A stretch of 64,000 nucleotides of DNA from a virus, in the IMG/VR virus record IMGVR_UViG_3300032304_002285, positions 1 through 64,000 of that record. The stretch is one strand, 5' to 3'. Position numbers and translations under genes: made by a program. The notes under the pieces are model-generated. The model had not been told where the DNA came from. It saw only the letters and a program-made list of their open reading frames with translations, and did not search any database. Shown piece by piece: positions 59,705-64,000 of this stretch; the stretch's first letter is position 1; each line of letters starts with the position of its first letter.

Positions 59705-60073
59705 ATGACTATTTTTCAGGTTATTGCTATCTTGGCCATGATTGAATCCTCTAATCAACCAAATGCTATTGGAGACAATGGGAAGGCAATTGGAATTCTG
59801 CAAATTCATAGATCAGTGGTTAAAGACGTAAACCGGATCTATGGGACAAACTACAAATGGCCAGAGGATTGCAAGGACAAAGAAAAGGCTAAAGATATTT
59901 GTTTTAAATATTTGTCCTATTATGGGAAAGACAAAACACCGGAGCAATTGGCTAGGATCTGGAATGGTGGACCTAATGGACATAATTCAAAAGCTACAAT
60001 TCCATACTTGAAGAAATTCAGAAAAGAAGCAGTAAAGAGAAATTCACAAGAAGAGGCAATAGCTCAAAGATGA
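59705..60073 (+). CDS. Lysozyme-fold enzyme (lytic transglycosylase or i-type lysozyme-like)
   Basis: 'IESSN.PNAIGDNGKAIGILQI...DVNRI...LARIWNGGPNG'. Confidence 0.8.
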   Translation: MTIFQVIAILAMIESSNQPNAIGDNGKAIGILQIHRSVVKDVNRIYGTNYKWPEDCKDKEKAKDICFKYLSYYGKDKTPEQLARIWNGGPNGHNSKATIPYLKKFRKEAVKRNSQEEAIAQR

Positions 60074-60910
60074 CAGATAAGGAATATCAACAAAAGCTAA
60101 TAGGGAACTGTCATACAGCAGCAGATTGCTTTGTAACTATCAATGATGAGAAGATGGTAACGAAATGGCTTATATGGGGAGAGCAGATACAGAGAGGATG
60201 TATCACTTCCCAGGATCTAAAGAGATGGCTACATAAACAAGCAGAGCTATATAAAGAGACAGATAAGGGATTGGCTACTTATATCAGAAACCTCATAACT
60301 GTGAAATGCTGCTAAAATCTAAGGAACTCGAAAAATGATCTTGAATGAAAATGCTGAAATTACAATCAATGGTGAAAAAGCCATTAGGCGATTGCTTCAG
60401 TGTAATTCAATGAAAATTGCAAGGGAGGACCTAATCAAGTATAGGACTACCCCAGGAGTGTATGTAGAAGAGAAGACCCTCATTGAGGTAATCAAAAACC
60501 CTAATGAGAAAGATGATGTTACCTATGGTTTCTATTTTTGGGAAATTATAGGGCAATCAGTAAAACCGCTGTTTAAGCATTATTGCAATGAATGCGTTTT
60601 CTTGGGTAATTTGAATTCTAGTGAGCAACTCTATGATTTGTATTTTTGTCGGGACGGTGGGAGCAATCCTACTGTGATTGCCAGATATGGAAATGAGGAC
60701 CATGAGTTCCTAAGCGGAATTTATGGAAATCAACTGGAATTGGTAGAAGCCAAAAAAAGAGCACTTTTCCAAAAATTGATCACTTCTGACGAATTGGCAA
60801 AATATCACAAGGAATTGGTGGAATTCCTGAAAACTCATCTTTCTGACAGATGAACTCCCTGACTGATTTTTGAGGGATACCCTGACTAAAATTTAGCAAT
60901 CCCCTTTCGA

Positions 60911-61213
60911 GAAATAGGACAGCTATTTTTCAAAAGGGGAATTTTTTTGAAGTCGGGGGTCAGTTTGGTGTCACAGGTTTTTTCTAAAAATTGAAATTAG
61001 GAAAAGTATATTTTGGGAAATAATTAATCTTGGGTGGGGGCAAAGGTGGGAATCAAGGTGGGGGATTAAGGTGGTGGCACGTGTGGGGTATAATGTGGGG
61101 ATGAGGTGAGGATAGCGTGTGGGGAAATAGGACAGTTAAAATTTGGATTTGGGTTGTGGGAAGGGTAGGGGATCAGTTTGGTGTTGGTGATTTTTTCAGA
61201 AAATTGGAATTGG
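60911..61213. repeat. Diverged ~90-bp direct repeat with conserved blocks (offset 213 nt)
   Basis: GAAATAGGACAG (60911, 61124); G(G/A)TCAGTTTGGTGT exactly 47 nt later in both (60958, 61171); then TTTTTTC.(A/G)AAAATTG(A/G)AATT. Confidence 0.75.
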
Positions 61214-61289
61214 GTTTGGATTTGGGGTATGTGTTTGGTGATAGATGGGTGTAGGGATTGAGTCAAGTGAGATTAAAGGAAGGTGTGAG

Positions 61290-61790
61290 ATGGCAAAGGA
61301 ATTGAGCAAAGAGGTTTTGGTGTTGTTGGCTGGGAGTAAGGTTAATGAGCGAGCGATGTTGATAGCGATGGTAGCTCATGCTGGTCAATATCGGAGGGAT
61401 GGTGTTACTCCTTATATTGTGCATCCGATGTCTGTTGCGTCGAAGGTTCTTGATGCACAGAAGGCGGTTGCATGGTTGCATGACGTGTTGGAGGATTGTG
61501 AGGGCTGGGAGGCTGTTGATTTGATAGCGTTGGGGATTCCGGCGAATGTTGTTGAGAGTGTGGTTGCCTTGACGAAGGTGAATGGGATAGCGATTGAGGA
61601 TTACATGGAAGGTGTGATGCGGAATTGGGATGCATTGATTGTGAAGATAGCGGACATGAAGAGTAACATGGCTGGGAATCCGAGTGAGAAGGCACGGCTT
61701 TCGTATGGGAAGTGGCTACCGATTTTGCAGGCGAAGTATAAGGAGGTTGAGAAGGCGACTCGGAAGATTCGGAATCGGATAATTAGTTGA
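61290..61790 (+). CDS. HD-domain hydrolase (small alarmone hydrolase / Mesh1-like)
   Basis: 'AHAGQYRRDG.TPYIVHP..VA...AVAWLHDVLEDC...ALTK...VKIAD...N'. Confidence 0.85.
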   Translation: MAKELSKEVLVLLAGSKVNERAMLIAMVAHAGQYRRDGVTPYIVHPMSVASKVLDAQKAVAWLHDVLEDCEGWEAVDLIALGIPANVVESVVALTKVNGIAIEDYMEGVMRNWDALIVKIADMKSNMAGNPSEKARLSYGKWLPILQAKYKEVEKATRKIRNRIIS

Positions 61791-62399
61791 GGTGTTTTTG
61801 GGCTGGAACGGGATGGTAATTGAGTTTCCGGATGGATGGATATTTTTTATGAGTGAGAAGCGTAGAATTGAATTTGAGAGTAAGGCGAATGAAAAGCATT
61901 ATTGGCGGAAGAGGATGGGGCGAAAGGAAGCGAGTCATGGTTGGTTGGATGTTTATGAGGATTTGATCAAGCGGGTTGATGAGTTGATGAAGGAGTATCG
62001 TCATGCGATTTATTTAGAGGGTAGGGGGTATGTGTATCGGGAGCAGTATTTAGGGTATTCGTGGGAACGGGTGTTAGTAAAGAGTTGGGTTGAGTATCGG
62101 AAGATTATAGCTGATGATGCGAGGTATTTTTTAAAGAGATCTCATGAGTCATTGGTTTTGTCACGTAAGGGGAAAGAATGAAGGGCAAGGTAATTAAGAT
62201 AAAGGTAGTTGGGGAGAGTTATAGAAATGGTTTCAGGGAGAATGGTTATTGTGTAGCGTGGTTATCTGATGGTGGGAGTTGTTTTGTTCCTGGGAGTGAG
62301 TTTGCTGGATTGGGTGAGGCATTGGATTATATAGTGAAAGAGGGTTATGATGTAGAAGAGGTTCGAGCGGGGTTAGACAGATGGGTAAAGGAGGGTTAG

Positions 62400-62849
62400 A
62401 TGAGGAAGTTCAGGGGATGGCACAAAGATCATGGTGAGGCGAAGAAGGTGATTGCTTTTGGGGATGGGAGTGTTGAGGTAATTTGGATTGACAGGGGATA
62501 TTGCAGTGAGGTATGGCCAGAGGGTGAGCCTCATGAGATAGTTGATGCTGAGAGTAAGGGCTGGGTGATTGAGGAGAGTAGTGAGTTGTTTGACAGGGAT
62601 GGGGTTGAGATTTTTGAAGGTGATTTGGTTAGATTAGATGACATTAATGAATTGCCTTATACGATGATTATTAAATTAAAGGATAATGGTGTTATTAAGG
62701 GTGAGAAGGATTCTGTGATTGGGCAGGTTCTTTTTCACAGTGGGAATTTTTGTTTTGGGGTTTTGTTGAATGGTGTGATTGAGTCAAGGGCATTGGGATT
62801 TATTGACAAGAAGAATTTGGTTGTTGTTGGCAGGGCAAAGGGGGAATGA
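62400..62849 (+). CDS. YopX-family protein
   Basis: 'MRKFRGW...LFDRDGVEIFEGDLV...F...VVG'. Confidence 0.78.
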   Translation: MRKFRGWHKDHGEAKKVIAFGDGSVEVIWIDRGYCSEVWPEGEPHEIVDAESKGWVIEESSELFDRDGVEIFEGDLVRLDDINELPYTMIIKLKDNGVIKGEKDSVIGQVLFHSGNFCFGVLLNGVIESRALGFIDKKNLVVVGRAKGE

Positions 62850-63079
62850 ATTGAAAGAGTTTATTACAGGGTATCGAGTGATTGACGGGAAGCGGACGAG
62901 AATGGTAGGGAGTGTTGTATACACATTGGGGGACAAGACGAGGATGCCAGTGAGTGAGATATGTTTGATGGTAGAGGGTAGTGTGAGGAAGAAATGGAAA
63001 TTGAATAAAAAGGATAAGGTTATAGTGGTTGGTGTTTTGGAACGGGAATTAAAAGTCAGTTAAATAGAGAGGTGATAAG

Positions 63080-63574
63080 ATGCAAGAGGGATGGTGGGTT
63101 AATTACCGGACTGGTAAAGATTTTTACGTTAAGGAACATGAGACATGGATTCGTCAGCCGGGGAATGCTGATAAGGCTGGTGTTCCCGCTGAGATTCAGA
63201 AGAAGTTTAGCAAGTTCAAGGCTGTTCAGGACAGGGATAAGTTTTTGATGTTTTTGATGGAGAGTTGTCCCTTGATGAGGATGCGTGGTCATGGGAGTGA
63301 TATTACATTTGAGTACTACAACAGTAATAGTCGGGATGCTATTGAGGCTGTTCATAAGGCTGCACATGATTACGGTGGTAGGTTGTCTACGTTGAACATT
63401 TACAATTTGATGTCTCACGAGATGACTTCGATTCAGCGTGACGAGTTGGACAGGGTGATGGATGAGAGTGGGGTTGAGGGTGTGATGAGGGCTGCGAGTG
63501 AGAAGTTTAGTTTAGATGGGAGTAAGATGATTAAGGAGTTATTGGCAGTGGCGAAGGAATTGGCTATGGATTGA
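63080..63574 (+). CDS. Protein with a C-terminal tag helix; domain related to 32742 and 34027
   Basis: Starts GWWVNYRTGK...HETWI; ends SKMIKELLAVAKELAMD. Confidence 0.62.
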   Translation: MQEGWWVNYRTGKDFYVKEHETWIRQPGNADKAGVPAEIQKKFSKFKAVQDRDKFLMFLMESCPLMRMRGHGSDITFEYYNSNSRDAIEAVHKAAHDYGGRLSTLNIYNLMSHEMTSIQRDELDRVMDESGVEGVMRAASEKFSLDGSKMIKELLAVAKELAMD

Positions 63575-63623
63575 AGTTGGGGATATACTATCAGGGATTT
63601 CTTTTTTAGAGGAGAGATTTCTG

Positions 63624-64000
63624 ATGGGTTCGGTTGTTGGGATATCTATATTAACGAATGGGAACCGATGTAGTTTTTTACGGAACTGCATCGGTTCTTT
63701 TATTTACAATTGTTATTATCGTCCATTGCGGATAGGGATATTTGACAATGGATCTGTAGATAACACGAAAGATTTTGTTAGGTCTTTGGATAAGGTATAT
63801 GGGATAGAGATTGAGTATGAGCGGAGTGAGATTGATTTAGGTTGTGCTGTTGGGACGAATAGGGCATTAGGGATGGTAAGGGATTGTGAGTATGGTTTGC
63901 ATTTAGAGAGTGATTTCATTCACATGAATGAGATTGAGACTGGGATTGATAGGATGTGGTTGCATAGGGCGATTGAGTTTATGGATGATGGGGATTGTGA
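63624..64000 (+). CDS. GT2-family glycosyltransferase, runs off the window end; absent from the ORF track
   Basis: MGSVVGISILTNGNR..FLRNCI...IFDNGSVDNT...DLGCAVGTNRAL...YGLHLESD. Confidence 0.78.
   Translation, partial: MGSVVGISILTNGNRCSFLRNCIGSFIYNCYYRPLRIGIFDNGSVDNTKDFVRSLDKVYGIEIEYERSEIDLGCAVGTNRALGMVRDCEYGLHLESDFIHMNEIETGIDRMWLHRAIEFMDDGDC

Noticed and set aside
726-63919. Short minus-strand ORFs in the six-frame track
   Set aside because: They overlap better-supported + strand genes or tRNAs and lack RBSs and motifs; no convincing minus-strand gene was found.
1-64000. Genome-wide TAG reassignment (code 15)
   Set aside because: All long conserved genes are intact under code 11 and TAG ends many genes, including one that abuts a tRNA. 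Only one convincing internal TAG was found.

Overview
A 64-kb, almost entirely + strand segment of a large (jumbo-type) tailed-phage genome; no structural or packaging genes are recognisable and the host cannot be assigned. (1) 1-40 kb is an accessory region with two large families of translationally coupled 60-100 aa mini-genes: about 45 Lar-like Cys4 zinc-ribbon proteins and about 30 beta-rich 'FP-x-G' proteins, both ending in a hydrophobic strand plus acidic residues. It also carries a Tad1-type anti-Thoeris sponge, a radical SAM enzyme, HNH and PD-(D/E)XK endonucleases and a glycosyltransferase. (2) The tRNA region (2.9, 5.7 and 9.6-12.9 kb) has about 14 conventional tRNAs, an amber-suppressor tRNA(CUA), a textbook HDV-like (theta) ribozyme starting exactly at a tRNA-Ser 3' end, and several rearranged tRNAs: an apparently circularly permuted tRNA-Glu, a tRNA-Tyr split by an endonuclease cassette, a D-armless tRNA-Tyr and one with an expanded anticodon arm. 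A PTH2-like gene has an in-frame TAG, but long genes are not recoded. (3) About 11 otherwise unrelated proteins (ART-like, HExxH zincins, GNAT, ParB-like, unknown) share one amphipathic peptide, roughly (I/V)AxELL(K/R)IA(K/R)xL(V/I/L), at the N-terminus, C-terminus or internally. This is the best candidate for an undescribed targeting or packaging system. (4) 39.9-40.7 kb is a non-coding origin- or terminus-like zone with phased 10-bp repeats. (5) 40.7-64 kb holds presumed early and DNA-metabolism genes behind a conserved TTGGATTTT-N11/12-GGTAAT promoter: vWA plus MoxR-type AAA ATPases, NAD-dependent ligase, a half SbcC/Rad50, DUF6501-like paralogues behind a 78-bp repeated element, a lysozyme, an HD hydrolase, YopX and a GT2. 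All family assignments come from motif recognition by eye; no searches were run.
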